Assembly (NCBI GenBank): GCA_031401035.1
Contig: JANNRA010000116.1
Location: 1 to 46,941, forward strand
DNA: 46,941 bases
Direction of reading: 5' to 3'
From: a bacterium
GTDB lineage: Bacteria; Desulfobacterota; Binatia; HRBIN30; CADEER01
Part shown: one piece after another, positions 1 to 8,439 of the stretch
How positions within the stretch are numbered: the stretch's first letter is position 1
Layout: every line of letters starts with the position of its first letter
Made by a program: the position numbers and the translations under genes
The notes under the pieces: generated by a model
Databases searched by the model: none
Told to the model about the DNA's origin: nothing
Seen by the model: only the letters and a program-made list of their open reading frames with translations

Positions 1-130
1 GGGGGGCGTGGGGGGCCCCGCCGGGGGGGGGCCCCCGGGGGGGGGGGGGGGTTGTGGGGGGTTAACGCCACCCCCCCCCGGGCTGGGCGCGGCCCCCCCC
101 CCAACGTCCCCATCCGAGACGCTTCCCCGG
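1..130. repeat. G/C homopolymer-rich low-complexity tract at contig start (poly-G and poly-C runs); probable assembly/sequencing artefact
   Basis: Runs of 10-17 G or C read directly in the sequence; a similar G-rich tract sits at the other contig end (46895..46941). Confidence 0.6.
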
Positions 131-135
131 TTGAC

Positions 136-1524
136 ATGCCCCCGGGGCGGCGGATTCTCTATTCCTCCGTGCCCTCCGTCGATCCCGCTCGCGACGCACT
201 CGTCCGCGCCGCCGTCGTCCGCGCCCGCCGCAGTCCCTTCTACGCGGCGCACCTCGCCGGACACAGCGACGATCTCGCCGCCCTGCCGCTGACCACCAAG
301 TCACACCTACGCGACGCGACGCCGTTCGGCATGCTGGCCGTGCCGCCACACCGCGCCTGGCACTACCACGAGACCAGCGGCACCGCCGGCGAGCCGATCT
401 CGACCTGGTGCGGCCTGACGGAACTGCGCGCCATGGCATCCATCGTCCAGCGCAGCGTGCCCGAGCTGGCGCAGGACACCATCCTCCTCAACCGCTTTCC
501 CCTCTTCGCGCCGGTCTCGTTCGTCTTCGAGGAGGCGCTGCGCGCCGCCAACGCCTGCCACATCGCCGCCGGGACGATGAGCTGGGACGTGCCGTTCGAG
601 CGCGCCGTCGACTTCATCCAGCGCCTCGGGGTGACCGCGGTCGCCAGCCTGCCGCTCGAGCCGATACTGCTGCACGACGTCGCCAAGGACCGCGGGCTGG
701 ATCCGCGCCAGGTCTTCCGCACCGTGCGCGTCGTCTTCTGCGGCGGCGCCATCCTGCCGCCGGCGCTGCGCCGCGCCATCGAGACCGACTGGGACGCGCG
801 CGTGGTCGAGATCTACGGGTCGAACGAGACCATGCTGATGGGCGTCGGCTGCCGGCGCGGCCGCCTGCACCTGTGCGACGAGCTGCTCGAGTTCGAAGTG
901 CTCGAGCCGCGCACACTGCAGCCCGTCGCGCCGGGTGCGCGCGGCGTCCTGACGGTCACCAGCCTGGTGCACGAGGTCATGCCGCTGGTGCGCTACGTCA
1001 CCGGCGACCTGGTGCGTATCGATCCGGTCGGCTGCGCCTGCGGTCAGGCCGGTCCGGTGGCGGAGGTGTACGGCCGCGCCGACGACGCGATCGAGATCGG
1101 CGGCGCCCAGACGACGTCCTACGAGGTGCTCGACGCCGCCTACGCCGCCGCCGATGGGCTCGGTACGCGCATCTTCTTTGCGCTGGTGCGACGCCGCACG
1201 TTGCATCTGCTGATGGAGGTGCCCGATCCCGGCCGCCACGATGCCCAACTGGCGGGCCGCCTGGCGGCCCAGCTCGGCGTGCCGGTGGTGGTCGAATTTC
1301 TCGCCCGCAACGAGGTCCTCGACCGCTCCGCCCTCTACCGCGGCCCGAAAATCTACAAGCCGTCCGTGCTCAGCGACTGGCGCGGCGCCGGCCGCAAGCC
1401 GATCACCATCATGGAAGCCCTGCTCGAGTGGCCGAAGTACGACCCCCGTACGCTGCTGCACCTGGCGCGACGGCAGTTCCGCAGTAGTCGACGGCGGGCG
1501 CGGATTCTCAAGGAAGACCGGTGA
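136..1524 (+). CDS. Adenylate-forming enzyme, phenylacetate-CoA ligase / CapK / coenzyme F390 synthetase-like
   Basis: ATG at 136 is the first in-frame start after the homopolymer junk. The product carries a HYHETSGTAGEPIS AMP-binding-like motif and overall PaaK-family architecture. It is translationally coupled to the next gene (GTGA overlap at 1521-1524). Confidence 0.7.
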   Translation: MPPGRRILYSSVPSVDPARDALVRAAVVRARRSPFYAAHLAGHSDDLAALPLTTKSHLRDATPFGMLAVPPHRAWHYHETSGTAGEPISTWCGLTELRAMASIVQRSVPELAQDTILLNRFPLFAPVSFVFEEALRAANACHIAAGTMSWDVPFERAVDFIQRLGVTAVASLPLEPILLHDVAKDRGLDPRQVFRTVRVVFCGGAILPPALRRAIETDWDARVVEIYGSNETMLMGVGCRRGRLHLCDELLEFEVLEPRTLQPVAPGARGVLTVTSLVHEVMPLVRYVTGDLVRIDPVGCACGQAGPVAEVYGRADDAIEIGGAQTTSYEVLDAAYAAADGLGTRIFFALVRRRTLHLLMEVPDPGRHDAQLAGRLAAQLGVPVVVEFLARNEVLDRSALYRGPKIYKPSVLSDWRGAGRKPITIMEALLEWPKYDPRTLLHLARRQFRSSRRRARILKEDR

Positions 1525-2450
1525 TCGTGGCGGATGTGTCGCCCGGCGACCCGCCGCCACTGCACGCAGGAGTTGAATCGCTGTTGGTGGTGGCCAACCC
1601 CAGCCGCATGCCGGCCGGCTTCGACGCGGCGGGGGCGCTGCGGCGGACGCGCGGTGACGGCGGCGATGTCGAACGCATCGTCGGATGGCTGCGCGCGGGG
1701 AGCCAGCATCTGGTCGTCGCGGCGGGCGGCGACGGCACCGCGCGCGCCGTCGCCGCGGCCCTGATGACGCTGCCGGCCGGCGAACGGCCGGCGCTCGGGC
1801 TGCTGCCGCTCGGCACCGCCAACAACCTGGCCCGCTCGCTCGGCCTGCGCCGCGTGCGCCGCGACGCGACGGCGTTGACGGTGGCGCTGGCGGCGCTGCG
1901 CCGCGGCAGGCTGCGGCCGCTCGACCTCGGCTGCGTCAACGGCGCCTGGTTCGTCGGATCCTGCGCCGCCGGCATGGACGGCGCCATCCTCGCCACGCGC
2001 AACCGCTGGCGCGCCCGCTGGAGGCTGCGCGGCGGCTATCCGCTGTATCTGGCCAGTTGCGCGGCGAACCTGCTGCGGCATCGCCCGGCGACACTCGCCC
2101 TGTCGCTCGACGGCGGCGCCGCCGCGTTTGTGCCGGCGCACAATCTCCTCGTCCTCAACACCGCACTGTACGCCGGCGAGTTCCGCTTCGACACCCGCGA
2201 CCGCAGCGCCGACGCACGGCTCGACCTGCTCGTCGCGGCGTCGGCACCCGCCTACGTCCGCGACTTCGTCAGCGCCTGGGGACGCCAGCTCGGCGTGCCA
2301 GTCGGCGCCGCCGACCTGCGCCCGTTCAGCACGGCGCGGATCGAAGCGGAGGCGCCACTGGCGCTGCAGGTGGACGGCGAGGAATTCGCCCCGACGCGCC
2401 TGCTCGAGGTACGCCTCGAGCCAGCCGCCCTGAGCGTGGTCGTCCCCTGA
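1521..2450 (+). CDS. Diacylglycerol-kinase catalytic-domain lipid kinase (YegS/BmrU family)
   Basis: DAGK_cat signature VVAAGGDGTARAV and LGTANNLARSLGL; GTG start overlaps the upstream stop codon. Confidence 0.7.
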   Translation: MIVADVSPGDPPPLHAGVESLLVVANPSRMPAGFDAAGALRRTRGDGGDVERIVGWLRAGSQHLVVAAGGDGTARAVAAALMTLPAGERPALGLLPLGTANNLARSLGLRRVRRDATALTVALAALRRGRLRPLDLGCVNGAWFVGSCAAGMDGAILATRNRWRARWRLRGGYPLYLASCAANLLRHRPATLALSLDGGAAAFVPAHNLLVLNTALYAGEFRFDTRDRSADARLDLLVAASAPAYVRDFVSAWGRQLGVPVGAADLRPFSTARIEAEAPLALQVDGEEFAPTRLLEVRLEPAALSVVVP

Positions 2451-2470
2451 GGGCGGGCGGGTCCGGATCT

Positions 2471-2556
2471 GCATCCCCTCACCCTGACCCTCTCCCTGCG
2501 GGAGAGGGGACCTTGTCGCATGCATGGGTCCCCTCTGCCGCAGGGTGAGGGGATGC
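2471..2556. repeat. Palindromic intergenic repeat element (REP/MITE-like), family copy 1
   Basis: gcatcccctcaccctg...cagggtgaggggatgc outer inverted repeat with an inner ccctctccctgcgggagagggg hairpin; about 50 bp near-identical to the copy at 10541..10585. Confidence 0.75.
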
Positions 2557-2613
2557 AGACAGGTTCCCAGCCCGCCCTTCGAATGCCCCGCCGCCCATAC
2601 TACGCTCTCTGCC

Positions 2614-3852
2614 ATGTCGTCTCGTGCGTTCCTCACCGGCTGCGGCGCCGTGTCGCCGTTCGGCGCCGGTGTCGAGAGCCTGTGGACGGCGCTCTGCGCC
2701 GGGCGCTCGGCCGTCGCGCCGCTGCGCGGCATCGTCGTCGACGGCCTCGGCGGCGTGCTGGCCGCCGAGGTACCGCCCGAGGCGGTCGCCGACGACGGGC
2801 GCGAACGCATCGACCGCTTTGCCCACGCCGCGGCGCTCGAGGCGCTACGCGACGCCGGATTGCGGCTCGCCGACTGCGACCGCACCCGCGTCGCGGTGGT
2901 CGTCGGCACGACGCTCGGCGCCATGCCGATCGGCGAGCGCTATCTGCGCGCCCGGCACGCCGGCGCGCCGTTCGCGGCGCGGCGGCTGCTCGGCCACCCC
3001 TACGCGGCGACGGCCACCAATCTCGCCCGCGCCCTCGGCACGCGCGGGCCGGTGCTCAGTCCGTCGATCGCCTGTGCCTCGGGCACGCACGCGCTCGGCC
3101 TGGCGCGCGACTTGATCCTCCACGACCACGCCGACGTGGTCCTCGCCGGCGGCGCCGAGGCACTGTGCGAGTTCGTGTTCGCCGGCTTCGCCTGCCTGCG
3201 CGCCACGACCGCGACGGCAGTGCGCCCCTTCGACGCGCGCCGCGACGGCCTGGCGCTGGGCGAGGGGGCGGCGCTGCTGGTGGTCGAGTCGGAGGCGCAC
3301 GCGCGCCGCCGCGGCGCGCCGCTGCAGGCGGAGATCGCCGGCAGCGGCCTGTCGTCCGACGCGGTGCACATGACCGCGCCGGCGCGCGACGGCGCCGGTG
3401 CCGCCCGCGCCATGCGCGCGGCACTCGCCGAGGCGGGCCTGACGGCGGACGCCGTCGACGTCGTCAGCGCGCACGGCACCGCGACAGTGTTCAACGACGC
3501 GATGGAGATGGCGGCCCTGGACGCCGTCTTCGGCACGGAACGCCGCGTCCCGGTCAGCGGCATCAAGGGCGCCATCGGCCACACCCTCGCCGCCGCCGGC
3601 GCCTTCGAGGCCATCCTCTGCGCCCGTATCCTACGCGACGGCGTCGTGCCGCCGACCGTCGGCTGCGACGAGGTCGACCCGACCTGCCGGCTCGACCTCG
3701 TGCGCGGCACGGCGCGGCGGGTCGCGGCGCGCGTCGTCTTGTCCACGTCGTCGGCGTTCGCCGGCAACAACGCGGCCCTGGTGCTGCGCGCCGTCGCGCC
3801 GTTCCCCGCGCCTGTCCGTCACCCGCAGGGGGAAACGGAAGCGAGGCCGTGA
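2614..3852 (+). CDS. Beta-ketoacyl synthase (KS; FabF/KS-alpha-like) with intact Cys-His-His triad
   Basis: Motifs IACASGTHALG, SAHGTATVFND and KGAIGHTLAAAG; start trimmed from the track ORF to the internal ATG (MSSRAFLTGCGAVSPFG). Confidence 0.85.
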   Translation: MSSRAFLTGCGAVSPFGAGVESLWTALCAGRSAVAPLRGIVVDGLGGVLAAEVPPEAVADDGRERIDRFAHAAALEALRDAGLRLADCDRTRVAVVVGTTLGAMPIGERYLRARHAGAPFAARRLLGHPYAATATNLARALGTRGPVLSPSIACASGTHALGLARDLILHDHADVVLAGGAEALCEFVFAGFACLRATTATAVRPFDARRDGLALGEGAALLVVESEAHARRRGAPLQAEIAGSGLSSDAVHMTAPARDGAGAARAMRAALAEAGLTADAVDVVSAHGTATVFNDAMEMAALDAVFGTERRVPVSGIKGAIGHTLAAAGAFEAILCARILRDGVVPPTVGCDEVDPTCRLDLVRGTARRVAARVVLSTSSAFAGNNAALVLRAVAPFPAPVRHPQGETEARP

Positions 3853-4928
3853 TGCGCGCCGTCGTGGTCACCGGCTTCGGTATTGTCTCGCCGCTCGGGC
3901 ACTCGCTGCAAGAGCTTGCGCGGCGGGTGGCGGCGGGAGAGCAGGCGGCGACGACGGCGGACGGCAGCGTCATCGCGTCGATCCCGCTCGATGTCGTTCC
4001 GGCGACGGCGCGGACGCGCATCGGCCGGCTCGATCGCCTCTGCCGCCTGGCGCTGGCAGCGTCCTACCTGGCGCTGGACGACGCCGCCGTGACCCTGCCG
4101 CTGGCGGTGCCGGAGCGCGTCGGGCTCGCCTTCGGCAGCGGACTCGGCTGCCTGCTCAGCAACGCCGAGTTCTACGCCAAGGTCGTCGCCCAGGGCGCTG
4201 CCGCGGCCAGTCCGCGCGCCTTCGCCTACACCGTCTCCAGCGCCGCCGCCGGGGAGGTGTCGATCGCGCTCGGCCTGCACGGCCCCAACACCACTCTGCA
4301 TATGGGCCTCGCCGCCGGCGTCGCGGCGCTCGGCTACGCCATGGACCTGGTCGGCAGCGGCCGCGCCGATATGGTCCTGGCCGGCGGCGTCGATGCGCTC
4401 GACGCGCCGCTCGCCGCGGCGCTGCGCGACATGGAGCTGTTCAAGACGCCGGCGCAGGCGCGGCCCTTCGTCGACGCGGTGGCCGGCCTGTGGCCGTCCG
4501 AGGGCGCCGCCATCGCCGTCGTCGAGAGCGCCGCCCACGCCGCGGCGCGCGGCGCCCGCGTGCGCGCCCGCCTGCTGGCACACGCGGCCGGCTTCGAACC
4601 GACGTTGAGCGGACGCGTGCCGCTGGCCGACGGCGTCGCCGCGACGCTGCGCCGTACCCTCGCCGGGCAGCCGATCCCGGCGCTGGTGCTGGCCAGCGCG
4701 CACGGCACGCCGCTCGACGCAATCGAACGCGCCGCGCTGCAGGAAGTAGGGCTCGGCGCCGTACCGATCGTCGCACCCAAGGCCTGCCTCGGCGACGCCT
4801 TCGCCGCCAGCGGCGCCTTTGCGGCGGCGCTCGCCAGCGCCGGTGGCCCGACGCCGGCGCTGATCAGCGCCCTGTGCCCATCCGGCAGCATCGCCGCGCT
4901 GCTCGTCGAGGCCTGCGCTCCCGCCTGA
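3852..4928 (+). CDS. KS-beta / chain-length-factor-like ketosynthase homolog lacking the catalytic Cys and both His
   Basis: TGATG stop/start overlap with the upstream KS. KS fold signature (VVVTGFGIVSPLG) is present, but the active-site position reads HMGLAAG and the His motifs are replaced (KACLGD). Confidence 0.75.
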   Translation: MRAVVVTGFGIVSPLGHSLQELARRVAAGEQAATTADGSVIASIPLDVVPATARTRIGRLDRLCRLALAASYLALDDAAVTLPLAVPERVGLAFGSGLGCLLSNAEFYAKVVAQGAAAASPRAFAYTVSSAAAGEVSIALGLHGPNTTLHMGLAAGVAALGYAMDLVGSGRADMVLAGGVDALDAPLAAALRDMELFKTPAQARPFVDAVAGLWPSEGAAIAVVESAAHAAARGARVRARLLAHAAGFEPTLSGRVPLADGVAATLRRTLAGQPIPALVLASAHGTPLDAIERAALQEVGLGAVPIVAPKACLGDAFAASGAFAAALASAGGPTPALISALCPSGSIAALLVEACAPA

Positions 4929-5079
4929 TGGGCGGCGCCCTCCAGGAAAATCACACCCCGGGTGGATTCGAGGTCGGGAACTGGATGCGCCCGCGGCGGC
5001 GCCGCGTTCGGGGTGCAACGGCGGACTGCATCGGGACTCGGGTTCCAGCCCGCGTCGGCGGCGTGCTAGCTCCCGGCCC

Positions 5080-5847
5080 ATGTCCGCACTCCCCGATCCG
5101 CTGCGCCTCGACGGCAAGCGGGCGCTGATCACTGGGGCCTCGCGCGGCATCGGGCGCGCGACGGCCGAGGCGCTCGCCGCCGCCGGCGCGGCGGTGGCGA
5201 TCAACTACGCACGCTCCGCCGACGAGGCGGAGGCGGTGGCCGCCGCCCTGCGCGCCGCCGGCGCCGAGGTCGAAGTGGTGCAGGCCGACGTCGCCGACCC
5301 CGCACAGGTCGAGGCGATGTTCGCATCTCTGAAGGCGCGCTGGGACGGCGTCGACATCGTCGTCAACAATGCCGCCATCTCGCGCGACGGCTTCGTCATG
5401 CTCACCAGCCCGGCGACGTGGGACGAGGTCGTGGCGGTCAACCTGCGCGGCCCCTTCCTGTGTGCGCGCGCGGCGCTGCGGCCAATGATCCGGCGGCGCT
5501 GGGGGCGCATCGTCAACATCATCTCGCCGGCCGCCCTGCTCGGTCAGGACGGCGCCGCCGCCTACGCCGCCACCAAGGGCGGCCTGCTCAGTTTCACCCG
5601 CTCGCTGGCGCGGGAGGTCGGCCGCTACGGCATCACCGTCAATGCCGTCTGCCCCGGCCTGGTCGAGACGCGCCTCATCGCCGGCATGCCCGCCGCCGTG
5701 CGCGAGCGCCACCTGCAGGCCATCCCCCTCGGCCGCTTTGGCGCACCGGACGAGATCGCCCACGCCGTCCGCTTCCTCGCCTCCCCCGCCGCCTCGTACG
5801 TCAGCGGCGCCCTGCTCGCCGTCGACGGCGGCCTGACCATGACGTGA
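5080..5847 (+). CDS. fabG: 3-oxoacyl-ACP reductase (SDR family, FabG-like)
   Basis: TGASRGIGRA Rossmann motif, NNAAI, and the YAATKGG catalytic Tyr/Lys. Confidence 0.85.
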   Translation: MSALPDPLRLDGKRALITGASRGIGRATAEALAAAGAAVAINYARSADEAEAVAAALRAAGAEVEVVQADVADPAQVEAMFASLKARWDGVDIVVNNAAISRDGFVMLTSPATWDEVVAVNLRGPFLCARAALRPMIRRRWGRIVNIISPAALLGQDGAAAYAATKGGLLSFTRSLAREVGRYGITVNAVCPGLVETRLIAGMPAAVRERHLQAIPLGRFGAPDEIAHAVRFLASPAASYVSGALLAVDGGLTMT

Positions 5848-5857
5848 AGAAGACACC

Positions 5858-5920
5858 TCACACGGAGACACGGAGGAACGGAGGTATCCGTACCCTCTCC
5901 GTGTCTCCGTCCTCCGTGTG
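5858..5920 (+). promoter_or_regulatory. Long GC-rich stem-loop between fabG and the downstream KS (candidate intra-operon terminator/attenuator or mRNA processing/stability element)
   Basis: acggagacacggag (5862-5875) pairs with ctccgtgtctccgt (5897-5910), with further nested complementarity (acgga/tccgt); no U-tract. Confidence 0.45.
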
Positions 5921-5938
5921 GAATAGTCGTTCGCTTCC

Positions 5939-7150
5939 ATGACCCGCATCGCCATCACCGGCCTCGGCAGCATCAACGCGCTTGGCGTCGGCGTCGCGGC
6001 GTTCGATGCCGGATTGCGCGCCGGGCGCTGCGGCATCGGGCCGCTGACGCGCTTCGCCGCTGACGGTTACCGTGTCGCCTGCGCGGCGGAAGCGCCGCCG
6101 CCGCCGCGCCTACCGGGAGTATCAGCGCGGGCGGCGCGGCGCTGGTCGTTGACGACGCGCCTGGCGCTGGCGGCGGCGGACGAGGCGTGGCGCGCTGCCG
6201 GTCTGGCGGACGGCGCCGCCTGCGGCGTCGTGCTCGGCACCACCACCGGCGGCATGGCCGGCGGCGAGGAGAGCTATCGACTGGAAGCGATCGGGGCGGA
6301 GGAACGCACCGCGTTGGCGAGCTGGCTCGAAACGCCGGTGGCGGTGCCGACCGACACCGTCGCGACGCTGATCGGCAGTCGTGGGCCGCGCCTGACGGTG
6401 TCGACGGCATGCTCCGCGGGCGCCAACGCCCTCGGTATCGGCGCCGATTGGATTCGCGCCGGGCGCGCCGCGGTCGTGCTGTGCGGCGGCGCCGAATCGC
6501 TGTGCCGCATGACGTATTCCGGCTTCAACAGCCTGCAGGCCCTCGACCGAGTGCCCTGCCGGCCGTTCGACCGCCAGCGCGCCGGACTGTCGCTCGGCGA
6601 GGGTGCGGCGCTGTTCGTGTTGGAGGACTGGAGCGCCGCGACGGCGCGCGGGGCGCGCATCCTCGGCGAGTTGCTCGGGTACGGCGTCAGTGCCGACGCC
6701 TATCACCTCACCCAGCCGCGCCCGGACGGCGCCGGCGCCGTGCTCGCCATGCGACGCGCCCTCGCGGATGCCGGCGTCGCGGCGGCGGCGATCGACTACG
6801 TCAACGCGCACGGCACCGGCACGCCGCTCAACGACGTCGCCGAGACGCGCGCGATCAAGGCCGTGCTCGGCGCCCGGGCGACGGCGGTGCCGGTGTCGTC
6901 GACCAAGTCGCAGGTCGGCCACTGTCTCGCCGCCGCCGGCGCCATCGAGGCGCTGGCGGCGCTGCTGGCGGCGCGCGGCGGCTTCGTGCCGGCGACCGTG
7001 ACGCTGCGCGACGCGGACCCGGAGTGCGACCTCGACTACGTGCCCGGACACAGTCGCGCCGCCGCGCTGCGCACGGTTCTGTCGAACTCGTACGGCTTCG
7101 GCGGCAACAACACGAGCCTCGTCCTGCGGGCGCCGGAGGCCGGCGCGTGA
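5939..7150 (+). CDS. Beta-ketoacyl synthase (KS, FabF-like) with intact triad
   Basis: Motifs STACSAGANALG, NAHGTGTPLND and KSQVGHCLAAAG. Confidence 0.85.
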   Translation: MTRIAITGLGSINALGVGVAAFDAGLRAGRCGIGPLTRFAADGYRVACAAEAPPPPRLPGVSARAARRWSLTTRLALAAADEAWRAAGLADGAACGVVLGTTTGGMAGGEESYRLEAIGAEERTALASWLETPVAVPTDTVATLIGSRGPRLTVSTACSAGANALGIGADWIRAGRAAVVLCGGAESLCRMTYSGFNSLQALDRVPCRPFDRQRAGLSLGEGAALFVLEDWSAATARGARILGELLGYGVSADAYHLTQPRPDGAGAVLAMRRALADAGVAAAAIDYVNAHGTGTPLNDVAETRAIKAVLGARATAVPVSSTKSQVGHCLAAAGAIEALAALLAARGGFVPATVTLRDADPECDLDYVPGHSRAAALRTVLSNSYGFGGNNTSLVLRAPEAGA

Positions 7151-8346
7151 GCGACCCGGTAGCGGTCACCGGCGTCGGCATCGTCAGTCCGATCGGCATC
7201 GGCGCGCGCCAGTTCTGGCAGGCCCTCGCCGCCGGCCGCTCCGGCATCGCGCCGGCGGCGGGGCTGGCCGGGCCCGACGGGCTGCCGACGCTCGCCGCCG
7301 CGGTGGGCGACTTCGCGGCGCGCGAGTTCATCACCTCGAGCCACTATCGGCGCATGGATCCGTTGTCGCGCATGGTGGTCGCCGCCTGCCGCATGGCCCT
7401 GGACGACGCCGACGCCGGCCCCGACCTCGACGTCGCGCGCACCGGCATCGTCGTCGGCTCCGCCATCGGCAATGCCTCGGAGTCGGCACAACACCTCGAC
7501 CGGCTGTTTCTGAAGGGGCCGGCGGCGGTGAGTCCGATGCTCTTTCCCAACCTGGTGCTCAACGCGCCGGCGAGCTACGCGGCGATGGAGTTCGGCTTCA
7601 CCGGCGTCAACTTCACCGTCGCGCAGGCGGAGATCTCCGGCGAGACGGCGATCGCGCTCGGCGTCGATGCGGTGCGCAGCGGCCGCGCCGACCGGGTGCT
7701 CGCCGGCGGCGGCGACGACCTGGCGCCGATCCTGCTCCGCACCCTGCATCGCAGCCGCGCCCTCGCCGGCCAGCGCGGCGGGCGCGAGTGGGCAAGCCCC
7801 TACGACGTGGCGCGCAGCGGTCTGGTGGCCGGTGCGGGCGCGGCGATGCTGGCCCTCGAACCGCTCGCCCGCGCCCGCCGCCGCGGCGCCCCGGTGTACG
7901 CCTGCATCGTCGGCAGCACCGCCTGGGCGGTGCCGGCGCCGCCGTACGGCTGGCCGTCGCGCGCCCCGGCGTCGCTGGCGCCGCTCGCGGCGCTGTGCGG
8001 TGCCGCGCCGATCGACCTCGTCTGCGGCGGCGCCAACTCGACCACGACGCTCGACGCCTGCGAGTTGGCGCTGTTCGACGCGCTCGCGCCGGTGCGCGGC
8101 GCGACCCTGACGTCGATCAAGGGCGCCATCGGCGAGTTCGGAGCCGCCGGGGCGCTGACCGTCGCCGCCGCCTGCCTGGCATTGCGCGAACAAGTCGTGC
8201 CGCCGCTCTGCGCGCTGGAGAGCGCGGCGCCGACCGGGCTGCGCCTGGCGGCACGACAGGCGCAGCCGGCGTGTCTGCGCCGCGCCCTCGTGCACGGCCT
8301 CGCCCGCGGTGGCGCGGCGGCGGCGCTGCTGCTGGAAGTGGCCTGA
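7147..8346 (+). CDS. KS-beta / chain-length-factor-like protein with Gln in place of the catalytic Cys
   Basis: GTGA stop/start overlap with the upstream KS; VAQAEISG at the active-site position and KGAIGEFGAAG replacing the His motif; the upstream 960 nt of track ORF 6187..8346 is out-of-frame Arg-rich junk. Confidence 0.75.
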   Translation: MSDPVAVTGVGIVSPIGIGARQFWQALAAGRSGIAPAAGLAGPDGLPTLAAAVGDFAAREFITSSHYRRMDPLSRMVVAACRMALDDADAGPDLDVARTGIVVGSAIGNASESAQHLDRLFLKGPAAVSPMLFPNLVLNAPASYAAMEFGFTGVNFTVAQAEISGETAIALGVDAVRSGRADRVLAGGGDDLAPILLRTLHRSRALAGQRGGREWASPYDVARSGLVAGAGAAMLALEPLARARRRGAPVYACIVGSTAWAVPAPPYGWPSRAPASLAPLAALCGAAPIDLVCGGANSTTTLDACELALFDALAPVRGATLTSIKGAIGEFGAAGALTVAAACLALREQVVPPLCALESAAPTGLRLAARQAQPACLRRALVHGLARGGAAAALLLEVA

Positions 8347-8403
8347 ATCGCCCCCGATTCCCGCTTGCGCCGCCGATTGGCCAGGGGTGGTGGTCCGATG
8401 CAA

Positions 8404-8428
8404 GAGGCGCGGACGGGGCCGCGCCCTC
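8404..8428. terminator. Hairpin between convergent genes (candidate bidirectional terminator)
   Basis: gcgcgg acgggg ccgcgc stem-loop in the 93-bp gap between the KS-beta stop (8346) and the minus-strand radical SAM stop (8440). Confidence 0.35.
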
Positions 8429-8439
8429 CAGCTCGGAGT

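Noticed and set aside
52-135. N-terminal extension of the adenylating enzyme from the TTG at 52 (MWGVNATPPRAGRGPPPN...)
   Set aside because: It is encoded by the contig-end homopolymer tract, and the Pro/Gly-rich composition reflects the artefact; the internal ATG at 136 was used instead.
2520-4928. 802-aa track ORF spanning the first KS and its partner
   Set aside because: The N-terminal 444 codons are an Arg-rich out-of-frame read of the real KS gene (2614..3852, other frame). The genuine CDS is the C-terminal 358 aa starting at ATG 3852.
6187-8346. 719-aa track ORF
   Set aside because: The first ~320 codons are Arg/Gly-rich junk overlapping the real KS 5939..7150 in another frame. The true CDS starts at GTG 7147 (GTGA coupling).
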